Shown: positions 1 through 11,820 of the stretch, piece by piece
How positions within the stretch are numbered: position 1 is the first letter of the stretch
How the letters are laid out: each line of letters starts with the position of its first letter
Assembly (NCBI GenBank): GCA_900617105.1
Contig: UYFQ01000569.1
Coordinates: 1 to 45,016, forward strand
DNA length: 45,016 bases
Reading direction: 5' to 3'
Source of the DNA: Hydrurus foetidus
Taxonomy: Eukaryota
Program-made: the position numbers and the translations under genes
The notes under the pieces: model-generated
What the model was told of the DNA's origin: nothing
Database searches by the model: none
Seen by the model: only the letters and a program-made list of their open reading frames with translations

Positions 1-1764
1 GAACAACAGAGGGACCTCATCAAGATCTTCGAGAAGCGTGTCGCGGCGGAAGAGTCCCAGATCCGCCACGACTACTTCGACATGAAGAAGGCAGACAAGG
101 TCGAGAGAATGGTGGCGTTCGTGTCGAACCCCAACAACCCTCAGACCGAAGACACCTGGTTGACATGCGTCTACAGGTTCTGCAAGACACTCGCAGTCGC
201 ACGCCAAGCGTTATTCAAGGTGGCTCAGTACGGCGATACCTCTATCGTCCACACCTTCCCACCCACTAGCGTCAAGTCCACGGCATCAGCGGTAGGATGG
301 TCTGGTCCCAGCAACTCCGCTGCGTCAGCCTCCTCTCGTTCGACGTCGGACCTAGTGCAACAAAGGAGCGAGCGCCGAGCGTACAGCGCGGACCCGACTG
401 AATGCCAGTGCTGCGGTTTCGCAACACACCGGGTTGCGGACTGCCCCTTCAAAGGCCTTCATGACACGAACAACCAGTACCACGTGTTATGGGGAGAGTC
501 TGCGATGGGAAAGGCATGGATGGCTGAGGGTCATGACACCTTCGTAGAGCACCTGTATCTACCAGGATGGGAACTTCGTCGGAAGAAACGCGCGGAGGAG
601 TCCTCAGAGGATGCGGATACATCCAAGCGAGTCCGTTACAACAGTGAGTCTGAGGACGACCGTCCCGCGCGAGACCGACGCACGCTGCAGGAGCGGGAGA
701 GAGACGACCGCGATCTGAACGAACGCAAAGCACGCGAGCGACGCGCAGACCGTGGCCGTTCTTCCAACCGCGAACGCAGTCGTGACAGAGACGATGACCG
801 CCGAGACAGTCGTAAGTACGACAACAAGAAGGGCGGCGGACAGGGGTCACGCCACAACAGGGCCAGGGGCAGCTCCCAGCCTAGGAGCAGTTCCCAACCA
901 AGATCCAACAAAGGAAGTAAGTCTCTAGCTGCTGTAGACTCTGTCCATGCACTCGCGCCTGCATCTGACATTGTTGCTGCCATACAGCCGCTTACTGCGT
1001 TACCTGCACTTTCAGTTGTCTTACCCATCCCCGTACGTACGGACCTTGTACCCTCGGATGTGCAACCGCCCATCTCGACTAACCCGACTGATTACTTGTC
1101 TTGTAATATCTTTGCTGTACAGCGTAAAGACACGCAGGACGCGGTAATAGGACACTCGAAACAAGTCGAGGGGGATGCGCTGCTGGACACGGGAAGCTTT
1201 CCGGGGAATTTCATTTCGCGTGACTGCTTAGTCAGAATGAATGCACTGTCATACATCTACACCTCACCTGTTCCCATGACTGTATGCAGTGGCCTGGATC
1301 GCACCTGCTATCTGAGTGTCAATGTTGTAGACATAGGCATTATTTTTCAATCACACGATGATATAATACACACGGTGTACTTCACGGTTAACGTTAACCC
1401 TGACCAAGAAATCGATTTAATTGTGGGTCGGACAACCCTAGCGCTAAATAATTTTAACATTTTGACACCATCCGCTTTGGGTTTCAAAGCACCGTCCGCA
1501 CCACAACCGCCACCTTTGGCAGCTAAAAAGCCCGTCTCGGCTAAACCGGATAAGCCCCCTAAGGATTACTCCCGTAAGACGGCCAAGGCGAAACCGCTTT
1601 CCTTTAAGGTGATTGCTTCGACACCAGCTGTCGCTGACGCGGAGACGTTGCCAGCACGTACTCCTGAGAAGTTGAACCCCTCACAGCGCAAGAAAGCAGC
1701 AAAGGAGAGAGCGAAACTCGCGGAGAAGATGAAGGCTAAGTATGGTCCCCACCATCTACCATAG
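1..1764 (+). CDS. gag: Gypsy Gag + aspartic protease (5'-partial; frame open from base 1)
   Basis: CCHC-like knuckle CQCCGFATHRVADC, Arg/Asp-rich linker, protease motif ALLDTGS and downstream DLIVGR. Confidence 0.85.
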   Translation, partial: EQQRDLIKIFEKRVAAEESQIRHDYFDMKKADKVERMVAFVSNPNNPQTEDTWLTCVYRFCKTLAVARQALFKVAQYGDTSIVHTFPPTSVKSTASAVGWSGPSNSAASASSRSTSDLVQQRSERRAYSADPTECQCCGFATHRVADCPFKGLHDTNNQYHVLWGESAMGKAWMAEGHDTFVEHLYLPGWELRRKKRAEESSEDADTSKRVRYNSESEDDRPARDRRTLQERERDDRDLNERKARERRADRGRSSNRERSRDRDDDRRDSRKYDNKKGGGQGSRHNRARGSSQPRSSSQPRSNKGSKSLAAVDSVHALAPASDIVAAIQPLTALPALSVVLPIPVRTDLVPSDVQPPISTNPTDYLSCNIFAVQRKDTQDAVIGHSKQVEGDALLDTGSFPGNFISRDCLVRMNALSYIYTSPVPMTVCSGLDRTCYLSVNVVDIGIIFQSHDDIIHTVYFTVNVNPDQEIDLIVGRTTLALNNFNILTPSALGFKAPSAPQPPPLAAKKPVSAKPDKPPKDYSRKTAKAKPLSFKVIASTPAVADAETLPARTPEKLNPSQRKKAAKERAKLAEKMKAKYGPHHLP

Positions 1765-4679
1765 ACCATGTGGTTGCATCTTTGGTACCCGTCACCGACA
1801 CTCAGCAGACTATATGCTCGCCAGATTGTAAGTGTGCAGCCCACAACGGTCTTGCTAACCGCCCGGCTCGTGGCAACGAGGGTCGTCAGCTTCCAGGCAA
1901 CGTAGTTGCTGCCTTGGCTGTACGTACGGACGATACACCGCGTCCGGGTGTCGACCTCCCTCACACCCCTTCGCACACACCACTTATAACAAGCGAAGAT
2001 ATTCTCCACCCTGTCTGCGTTAAGCCCAGTGGTATCATAGTCTCCGTTGATGAGATTGATAATGAGAAAGTCGACACTTTCGGTGCCTTCTTCAGCGACA
2101 ACAAGGACCTTCATAGAGGGGAGGACGACACCAAAGCTTTCTTAGAGCAATTTGTGTTCGCGGGTAGTGAGACCCAAGTACACAGATTAAAAGATCTTGT
2201 CATGGAATACCGAGACATCTTCAGTGATGTACTCGCGGAAAGAGCCGCGGACTTAACCCCGTTCCGGTTTAATGTGGAGGAACCTCTGTGGGAGACCCCA
2301 GGGAACAGGACCCCATGCCGACCCCAGTCGGTCAAGAACAACATCGAGATAGAGAAAGCTATCAAGACGATGCTTGCAGATGGCGTTATTGAGAAATCAA
2401 ACGCATCTTATTACAGTCACCCAGTGATTGTACAAAAGACAGAAGACAAAGTGCGGGTCTGCATCGACTACAGGAACCTCAACGATTGCATCAAGCCTGC
2501 CAGCTGGCCCCTCCCCAACATCCGTGGCCTCTTCGAAAGAATTGGACACAACAAACCGACGGTGTTTGGAGTCATGGACCTGACGGCGGGATATCATCAG
2601 GCCCCACTGTACCCACCACACCGGGTGTTCACGGCATTCCTGTGTTTCTGCGGCCTGTACCAATTTACCCGGCTACCGTTTGGACCTAAACGGGCCCCCT
2701 CCTACTTCCAGGAGCAAATGGTCACCAAAGTCCTTCAAGGCTTGCTGTACGTCTCCTGCGAGATGTACTTGGACGACTGCATTGTATATGCATCAGACGA
2801 AGATCAGTTCCTAACCAGACTGAAGGAGGTATTCCAACGCTTCCGAGAGCGCGGCCTTCTTCTAAAGGCTAAGAAGTGCAAATTTGGGCTGCCCCAAATA
2901 GAGTATGTCGGGCGAGTCATCTCTAAAGATGGACTGTATACGGACGCCTCCGACTACGGGATAGGCGGCGTACTATTCCAGATCGTTGACGACATTTGGC
3001 GACCGATATCCTTCGTCAGCAAGTCTTTCAACGCCACTCAATCTCGTTGGTCAACGATACAGAAGGAGGCATACGCAATCTTCCATTGCTGCCAGCAGAT
3101 GGACACCCTCCTCCGCGACCGGGTGTTCACCATACACACAGATCACCGGAATCTGACGTATATGACCAACAACCCCAACTCGATGGTCACCCGCTGGTCT
3201 ATAACGATGCAGGAACTCGACTTCAAGATTCACTTCGTGCCAGGCTCCCAGAACAAATGGGCTGACACACTGTCACGCCTGTGTCCCAACCTTATGGAAC
3301 TCGCAATGGATTACACCCCTAGGGTCATGGACGCCCCAGGTTTCATAGTAGCAGCACTGACAACATGCCCATTAGCTTCGGAAGAAGAACAGGAGTGGAT
3401 GGAACAGGCCCACAACTTCCGCGTCGGTCATGGCGGCGTAGACCGAACGATGCATAAGCTAGGCCTCATGGGCCGTTCTTGGCCGTACATGCGCAACCAC
3501 GTCCGGCTGTTCGTACGGTACTGTCCGTGCTGCCAGAAGATGAGTGCGGTACGCATCCCCATCAACGTACATAAGTTCACGACGGCCGGCGAGGTACTAT
3601 TCGATGTCCTCAACATCGACTTCATCGGTCCATTCCCCGACGGCACTCACGTGCTAGTCATAGTGGACTCATTTTCAAGATGGACAGAGCTGTTCCACTG
3701 CAAAGACAGCACAGCAGAGTCGGCATGCCGCTGCCTCTTGGAACACTTCGGTCGTTTCGGTTCTCCCAACCTGATACGATCCGATCGAGGACCACACTTC
3801 GCCAACGACCTCATTGAGAAATTTCTCTTGGCGGTTGGAACACCGCACAACCTCACGCTGGCCTATTCGAAGGAGGAGAACTCCATCGTGGAGAGAGTCA
3901 ACAAGGAGGTTAACCGCCACTTGCGCTCGTTTGTGTTCGAAACACTCGAGATGGACCAATACAAGCTCTGCCTCCCCTTCGTCCAACGGATCATGAACAG
4001 CTCAGTTCATGGCTCCACGGGAGTGTCACCGGGTAACCTGCTATTCGGCAACCGCTTGGATCTGAACAGAGGCATCCTCACGCCCTTTCAACCGGCCCTT
4101 CCATCTAAGACTCCGGGCTCACGCATCATGGCTGACATGATTAACGCTCAGGATACGACGCACAGGACAGTCCAAGAAATGGCGCAGGAACACGCGGCAC
4201 AGCGCTTAACGGATCAGCCGGATCCAACCGTTTTCCCTGTCGGTTCGTACGTACTGGCGCAGTACGCTACAGGTCCCCCTACGCGGCTACACACACGCTG
4301 GCAAGGTCCGATGGAGGTTATTTCCCATCGCGATTCGGAGTATGTACTCCTGAACATCGTCTCTAAGAAAACTAAGAGAATCCACGCTTCCAAACTCAAG
4401 ATATTCCTATTCTATCCTGCGAGGATCGAACCCATGGACTCAGCCCGGCGCGACTATATGGAATTCTACATCGAGGCGATCACAGCCCACAAAGGCAACA
4501 CCGGGAAGGTCTCTACGCTGACCTTCCTTGTCAAGTGGCTAAATTACAGCGAGGAACACAACTCATGGGAGCCATGGAGTGCTCTGAGACTCACGGACCA
4601 ACTACACACCTACCTCAAGAGGGCCGGACTGAAGGCGCTGGTTCCGCACAACCTGCGTGGCGAAGATATACCGGTGTGA
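1740..4679 (+). pseudogene. pol: Gypsy Pol (RT, RNase H, integrase, chromodomain) with an in-frame deletion of the RT thumb/connection
   Basis: RT motifs RVCIDYRNLN, MDLTAGYHQ, LPFG, YLDD; RNase H TDASDYGIG...EAYAI...TDHRNL...ADTLSR; integrase H-H-CPCC, IDFIGP, SDRG, VERVN, WQGP; chromodomain FLVKWLNYSEEHNSWEPW. Frame open from 1740, -1 relative to gag. Confidence 0.9.
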
Positions 4680-4954
4680 GATTTTTCTCAAAATTTAGCC
4701 ATTTTTTCACCCTACGTGGGTTTTACGGTTTTAGTCAGTGAAACCTGACATACTCACACCGGGTCAAGATCGCTGCAGTCGGACGCACGGACACTCCCGG
4801 TCAGGACCTGGTCCCAAACTCTCTTTTAGTCTAGTTATTTGCATCATTTTTCACAACTTGATGTATTTTTCTGCTTTAATGTTAGTTCACAAATTTTTTT
4901 ATCATTAGTTACACGTAAGTAGTTAAAAGAGAGAAGCGAGACAAAGGTCTTTTC

Positions 4955-4976
4955 GGGAAGGAGTAAGTGGGGGTAA
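4955..4976 (+). promoter_or_regulatory. Polypurine tract of the Gypsy element
   Basis: GGGAAGGAGTAAGTGGGGGTAA immediately before TGTGATGG, ~280 nt after the pol stop. Confidence 0.65.
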
Positions 4977-5219
4977 TGTGATGGTACAGGATTTAGTACC
5001 ACATTCCTACCCTCCGTAGTACCGGATAGCCGTCCGTACCTGTGGCTGAGAGTCCTTCCGACCTCTCACAGACTGTTAGTTTACCTTGCAACGCTTTGCA
5101 TGCAGAGTTTTACACCTCTGCAAGCTCACCCACCCTCCTTTCTCGTTGTAAGCCTAACTACCTTTCTGACACCTCCAGCTTCATTTGGACTACACGCCTT
5201 CCGTGCTGCGACGGCGACA
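4977..5219 (+). repeat. Putative Gypsy 3' LTR (end uncertain)
   Basis: Begins TGT directly after the PPT; candidate ACA end at 5219; no second copy available to confirm. Confidence 0.45.
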
Positions 5220-5831
5220 GCGCGCGGCTGAGCTCGTCTTAAGATGGCGCTGGTGTTGTCGGTGGTGTTGGTGGTTGCCTTAGCGTTGGTGGTTGCCTTA
5301 GCCGAGGCTTTGGCACGGATGCGGCGAATTGCCATGATCCGAAAAATTTCCCGAGAAAAGATGGATGAGTTGAAGAAAAAAAATTTGGTCGTAGGAACCA
5401 AATATCGATATTATGGTCGTTGGTGACCAAAGGACGGTGGACGAGGACGATGGACGAGGACGGAGGGCGAAAAACGAAGATGGAGGAGGTGGAAGAGTAT
5501 TCTTATAGTTTACAGCGAGAAACAAGCAGTAGTATCTACAGTGATGTGTACTCGCGTGGAAACGAAAAGAAAAGAAAACTGTACCGGACTTTGGGTCCGT
5601 TCTAGAATCTACAGTACAGGTATAGTATACAGTCACAGTGTATCCGTACATGCAGTACAGATACAGTGAGGCTACAGAGGGGCTGCATGGTGATATGAAT
5701 TACTGAGATAGCACTGGTAGTTCGATGTTGGGTGGGAGGCATGTGAGAATTTTTTCCGGTGGCCTGAGTGCGAGATCCACCCCCTCTCTCTCTATACCCC
5801 CTTGCATTAGGGATCAGGGATCAGCAGGGGT

Positions 5832-6196
5832 TGTCGTAACTATGGATCAGTTTCCACTGAATGGACAACTATATCCTTCCTGGGTACGCGCTCCTTCTGC
5901 AGGTTCAACACGTGCGCTAGCAACTTTCCCGGGCTCAAGGCGAAAGCTCTGCTGGTGTGAGTATTAAGGTAATTAACGATGCAACATCGCTTACATCGTT
6001 CATGGAGACAGGCGAAAAGATCGCGCTGTCCCGCACAGTCAAACATGGTGCACTTTCATCATTTTGATGTTCCTGGGTTAAAGGAACCTGGACCGGTGGA
6101 GTAGCGACCACCACACAGCACACGACGTACGAAACGTCATCAAATGTACATACGTAATAACTTATACGGTTACTTAGCTCATTAGTTATTCCGACA
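5832..6196 (-). repeat. Copia-A 3' LTR (365 bp)
   Basis: TGTCG...CGACA termini; preceded on the minus strand by PPT-like ATAGGGGTG; matches 11821-12165 with two substitutions seen by eye. Confidence 0.92.
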
Positions 6197-6824
6197 CACC
6201 CCTATGGCGTGAGTCGTCGGGTTGGTGTACGCGAATGAAAACGCAATAGGATTCAAAAATGCTCCGTTTACTTGAAGCTTCACAAATGGTGTATCATAAC
6301 ATGATTTTATATTGTAGGGAAGTAGGGTAATGGTGGGGTTGACCTTAATTGTGACGTTAGATAATTTATTGCACGCAGGGTAATATTAGTATCATAAGGT
6401 CTGACTGATCCGAATGAGCATAGAGTTAAACAATGCTAAAAAGACTTTATGTAACACGCAAAAGATTACACTTAAAATAATTTTCTGACTTGTTATACTA
6501 TCTGATTCCGGAATCGGGTCTTGGGTCTGGGTCCACGGTCCTCGCTCTTTATGTCTCTGTCAGGGTTTTCTTGAGTCGCACTTGATGGGGTAGAAGAAAA
6601 ATGATGGAGGGGGGCAGCAGGAATGATGGAGTCTTGGTGTCTTGAGTGGTCAGTCTTCGTCATGACGCGCGCTGATGGGGTAGTAGAGTCGGATGTGGGG
6701 GCAGTAGGAATGACAGAGTCTTGGGGTCTTGAGTATTCAGTCTTCAGCTGAAGCGGACAGCGGCGTTGTAGAAGGGTAAGATGGAGGGGGGTAGCATGTC
6801 GGATGGATTCTTCGTCGGTAGGTA

Positions 6825-9800
6825 TTAGTTCTTCTTGGACGTAGGGTATGGAAATCGTGGGTTGAATTTGGTCCGTACGGGTGTCGGCGCGGAGTCCGTA
6901 CGGTCCTCAGTCTTGCATCCTTCTGCGTACGTGAAGGTGAGTGGTGTAGCGTTGAGCAGCTCCTTCCTGGGCTTCTTGAACAATTCACCCTGCAGTGGCT
7001 TGGTTAGAATGTCTGCAATCATGTCAGTAGTAGGTAGGTACACAATGTCTACATCGCCTGTGTTGATTCTGTCGTGCAGGAAAAAATACCGTATATCAAC
7101 GTGCCGCGTACGTTCGCTGTTCGAGCGACCGTTACGTATGAGCGTTATCGTAGACTGATTGTCTTGATACACTAAGGCGGGAGGTTGAGGGTGTCCCTGG
7201 CACTCCAGGAAGTTCCTGGTCCACAAAACTTGGTTGGCAGCGTCGCTGAGTGCGACGAGCTCGGCCTCCGTGCTGGACTTTGTCATAAGGCGCTGAGTAC
7301 CGCTCTTGGCGTAGATCGCTCCCTTCCCAAGGGTGATTACGCTGCCTGTGTGACTTTTCATATCGGGATGTATGGCAAAGGATGCATCGATATATGCAAT
7401 GACGTGAATAGGTTCATATACTTCAAAAGTTATACCCGTATGCTGACTACCCCGTATGTACTGTATCGTACGGGTCAGTTTGTCGTAGTCGTCCCTTTGG
7501 GGCCTCAGCACTCTCTTGGTCAGGAACGCTACGGCAGTTAGAATGTCTGGCCTCGTCCTCTTACTCAAGTAGAGTAGCTTCGCTGTAATAGAGTGGAAAC
7601 GCTCACGCAGATTATCAGGTAAGGGTGAGTCAGATTCATCAGGTATAGTGAATAGATTGGCTCGTGCGGGTGTATTTGCCGTGCCCGGCATATCCTTACA
7701 CCCCTCAATGAGGTCTTGCACGAAGCCCTCCATAGTCATCTTAATGCAGCCTTCCTTGCTGAAGTCGAAAGTTATGCCTATGTAATTTAAAACTTTGCCT
7801 CTATGTTTCGTTAGACCGGGATATATAGTTCCAATTTGTTTCATAACATCATCAACGCGAGATTCACTTGAAGCAGTGATTATCATATAATCAACATGAA
7901 TTACGAGTGATGTTTGTGTGTTGTCCTATTCAGTTCGGTTGAATACGCATATGTCATATTCGTTGGCAGTATAATTGAATTTGATCAAATCACTGGATAG
8001 TTTATCATACCATAGTTTAGCAGATTCAACGCATCCATATAAAGCTTTCTTAAGTTTAACAATACATGTTCCATTGTTATTCATGTATTTGTTATATGTT
8101 GCATCAATCTTAATTAGCGCAGCAGTCAGTTGTTTATTCAAACGCATGTATACAACATGGTCGCCGGTCAGCAGCATATCACTATTCAGGAATGCACCGG
8201 GGAAGTCAATAGTGGCAACAGCGCGGTTCTGTCTAGCAGCAATTGCAATCAGTATGAATACACTAGATGTGCTAGCAGTAGGTGAGGCGCCATTGTTATA
8301 AACATCTCTATCTTGTAAGTGCCCACCGGCTACTAGTCTAGATTTCAGTTTTTCAAACATGCCATCAGCAGTGTACTTTTCTTTCAAGAACATGCTACTA
8401 GGTATAGTGGTGCGTTTTTGTTGTGGGGTGAGGGATTCTTAAGTTACACCTTCCCAAACATTCTTGTCACACATTTGTTTCAATTCAGATGTAATGGAAT
8501 CAACAGCTATCACCCCTAACTTATTAATTCCCTCATTAACAGTCATTTTGTACAGGTGAGTGTGATTGTAGAACAGATTACCAACATATTTCTTATCGGA
8601 TTTACCAAGTTGGTGATTTCTACCACTTCTACGTAACACGGGTGAGTTTACAACAAGTGGGTCATATGCGGTTTCAATTATAGTGGCAGGTGGTGTGAAT
8701 ACTTCAGTATGTACAGTAACATCAGCAAAGTCGTCTTCATCATCACTTATACCAAATATGTCATCTATCAGTGCTTGATCATATTTCGGTGTGGGCATAT
8801 GTGTATCATCATGTGTGTCATCATAATATAGTTCGTCGTTGTCGTATGTAGTGTCACTCACATATAGTGTGTCATCTACATACTCATCTAATGTGGGTGG
8901 GTGATTTTCATCAGGCATATCGAGTTGTGATTCAAGATGTGTTTCGTTATCATTGTGATCGTTATCTTCAATAATCTCATCGGTGTTATCTGCGTTAGCA
9001 TTTCCATCGACAGTTTCATATTCAACATCACCAATGTAAGCACTATCATCTTCAACATCGTCATCATCATCGAATACAATGTGACTACTATTCTCAAATA
9101 CAGGCTGTTTAACATTGGCAGTTTTTCCCTTTAAAGCTAGTACATTCAAGTGTAATATCACTTCATCAGGCATAGGTAGTACAGTCGCTTTAGTACGTTT
9201 AACAATGCGTTCGTTAGCTAACAGCATGTAGTACCATGAACCTTCTAGATTACCGGAGCTCATAAGTGCTATGGCCCCGGCTGTTCTTGGTTTGGTAGAA
9301 TTATCAATGACATCATTATGCACTTGGACGTAATCACCAAAACCATGTTTAATCTCCTTATCTACGTCTAACTTTCTTCCAGTTAATTTCTCTCGTGGAC
9401 TGATGTGATTAAGTGAGTTACGTGTGGGTGCTAATACAATTCTACTGACTGCATACTTAACTAACCACACTTCTAATTTCTCATTCAATGAGAACGGTAG
9501 AGAATTGACTACTGATCTTACTCTCTCCTTTATGTGTCGTATCTTACGCTCGACTACGGCTACGGCTTCTCCGGCTCCGGTAACGTCTAGTACTATACCT
9601 CTTAAGCCGACTTTGTTGTGAAACCATTCTGTATTGATTGCACCCTCGCCGTCTACTCGGATCATCTTAACTCTGAATCTGTACTTTACCATGCTTGCTA
9701 ATGAAGTCTTTAGGCTGTTCCATATGCTCTTATGCTCTCGGTTAGCTAACTTGCTAACGTATAGGAACTCGATGGGCTGCACTACTGATACTAGATATGG

Positions 9801-10703
9801 TACTTGGTTGACAAACATTATATCTACATACATAATCTGTTCTGTCTTGTACTCAATACCTATCAGTGGTAGCTTCTCTTCTAACTTGGCCTGGTGACTG
9901 GTGGTCTTCCCCTTAAGGGATCCCACGTCCGGTCCCCATATATCAATAGCTCTATGTACGTCTCGCGCAGTCACTTTGCTATTAGTCAAGTTCCCTTGGG
10001 ATATCAACTTAATAGTCTGTGCTGCGCTAGCGTATCCTAATCTACGCTGATAGTCTCTAGCTAACGACGCGTCTCTGACTTCTCTTACTGTATACTTCTT
10101 TTTATTCTGCTCTACTGTCGTAACTAACATTGGCATGCATTCTGTTACCATAGTGTCAAGATTACATTGGTATATATTCATAGCCTCATCTCGTGAGAAT
10201 CTATAAAAATATTTTCCGCTGACGTCTTGCACTATGTAACAATCATAGTCATGTAAGTACTTAACATCAGTACAGTCACGTACAGCATTACCAAAAGACA
10301 ATATATTACCAGCACAGTCAGGGCTATAATACACATTGCCGAACGCCGACACCCCACGTTTCTTGATTATTAGCGGTTTTCCTTTCGGATTCACCCCGCT
10401 AACAGTCATAGGTGTTGGTGCGTGTTCAACATTATACAGCAGGGATGAGTCGTTGAAAACCGACTCACCAGCACATGTGTCAAGCAGTATGTGACGTTTT
10501 CTAATTACGTTATATACATTGCATGTGTTAGCACTAAAAACAATATGATCACATGTTTCAATTCCGCTAGTGGAATCAGCCAAACATGGAGGATCGGTGA
10601 GTGTATGTATAGGTGTGTGTGTGGATGTAAGTGCAGGTGTGTGTACGGGTGTAGGTGTGGGTGAGTGTACAGGTGAGGAATAATGTATCTTACTTAGTTT
10701 ACC
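6825..10703 (-). pseudogene. pol: Copia-A Pol (PR-INT-RT-RNase H), inactivated
   Basis: ORFs 8439..10583, 7926..8393 and 6825..7886 share one frame, separated by in-frame stops (TAA 8439-41, TAG 7926-28). Motifs LLDTCA, YVDIMF/RVDGEG/VERKI, KSRLVAGG, IDFPGAFL, ALYG, YIDASF, STEAEL, QDN, ADILTKPL. The RT active site reads HVDY instead of HVDD. Confidence 0.93.
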
Positions 10704-11796
10704 GACTTTCCACTGGGTGCTGATGCACCCGCTTGGCTATCCTTGGCCGTACACTCATAGGAGTAGTGTCCGGCTTCACCGCACTTATTGCAATTTCCGG
10801 GACGGGTGCCGTACGACGTACGCCCACCCTTCCCTCTGTCCCCGTTCCCAGGGCTCTTCCCTTTACCAGTGTCAATGCCAGCCGTTTTCTCACCCCCAGC
10901 AGTTTTTGTCGCAAATACGTTGGTCTGGTTGGGTGGGGCCATGCCAGCCGGTTTCTTTGGCGTGACCTTCGCCATCTCGAGGTACGCGTCCTCTAACGTG
11001 TCCGGCCAGTCCTTGAGCCTGTGCTCATAGTACTCTACGTAATGGCGGTACCCGGCGTTCAGTCCAGTCATGAACTTCATTCCCGTGAGTACCTCGTTGT
11101 GTGCGGTCATGGCCTCGTTATAGTCGGGCATGACCCCTAACGCCCGCATCGTATCTTCGTATCCTGCCTTAAGGGCTTTAAATCGTTGATAATAATATTT
11201 TAGGACGTCGTTCGGTTCCATCTTAACCGTTTCGTACGCCATTCTCACTCTCAGTAGGTTCTGGTCAGCCCCTAGTCTTGGGTCGCTCAGGTGAGTCAAG
11301 ATTATAGCTCTCAACAATAGAAGCGGGTCCTCTGCAGTCATGGCTGCGAGGCCCGTTTCAGCTTCGACGCTTCGCTAATCTGACCTAGCATGAGTCCGAA
11401 GACTTGCTTTCGGTCTTCTCTCAAGGTCAGGACGTTTTTATCGTACAGCTCCAGTGCACGCTTCCATTTGGTCGCTACCATGAAGTTTGCGTCGGCTGCT
11501 ATATCCGCTGGAGCGACATATTGCGGGTAATCACCCGGTATGCCCTCGTTGCCGAATATCTCAGAGATATCGGACTTGTAGTTCGCGCGAGTATACTCGC
11601 GGAACTTCCTCATCCATGCGCTGACGCTGCCATGGTTCATCTCTCTTCCGAGATCCAGGAATGCGCCGATCGCGGCTACCGTTCCTGTCCTTGGTGGAGG
11701 CTTCGCACCGCGGCCAGCATTCCCTCTGCCACCATTGGCAGGGTTTGCTCGACCGCCTGCGGTATTGTGTTCTCGGCCTCTGCCTCTGCCTTTCAT
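10694..11796 (-). pseudogene. gag: Copia-A Gag (one frame-breaking lesion near 11345-11365)
   Basis: Two consecutive ORFs 11338..11796 and 10694..11341; MLGQISEAS and DPLLLLRAI segments like other Copia Gags; CCHC knuckle CNKCGEAGHYSYEC. Confidence 0.88.
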
Positions 11797-11820
11797 GTTG
11801 CAACTGGTTGCAACGAATTA

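Larger units (their letters stand above)
1..5219 (+). mobile_element. Ty3/Gypsy LTR retrotransposon, chromovirus-type; 5' part outside the window, right end approximate
   Basis: Domain order Gag-PR-RT-RH-INT-chromodomain across ORFs 1..1764 and 1770..4679; purine tract at ~4955-4976 followed by TGTGATGG, a typical LTR start. The 3' boundary is a guess (a ...ACA at 5219) because the partner LTR is not in the window. Confidence 0.9.
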
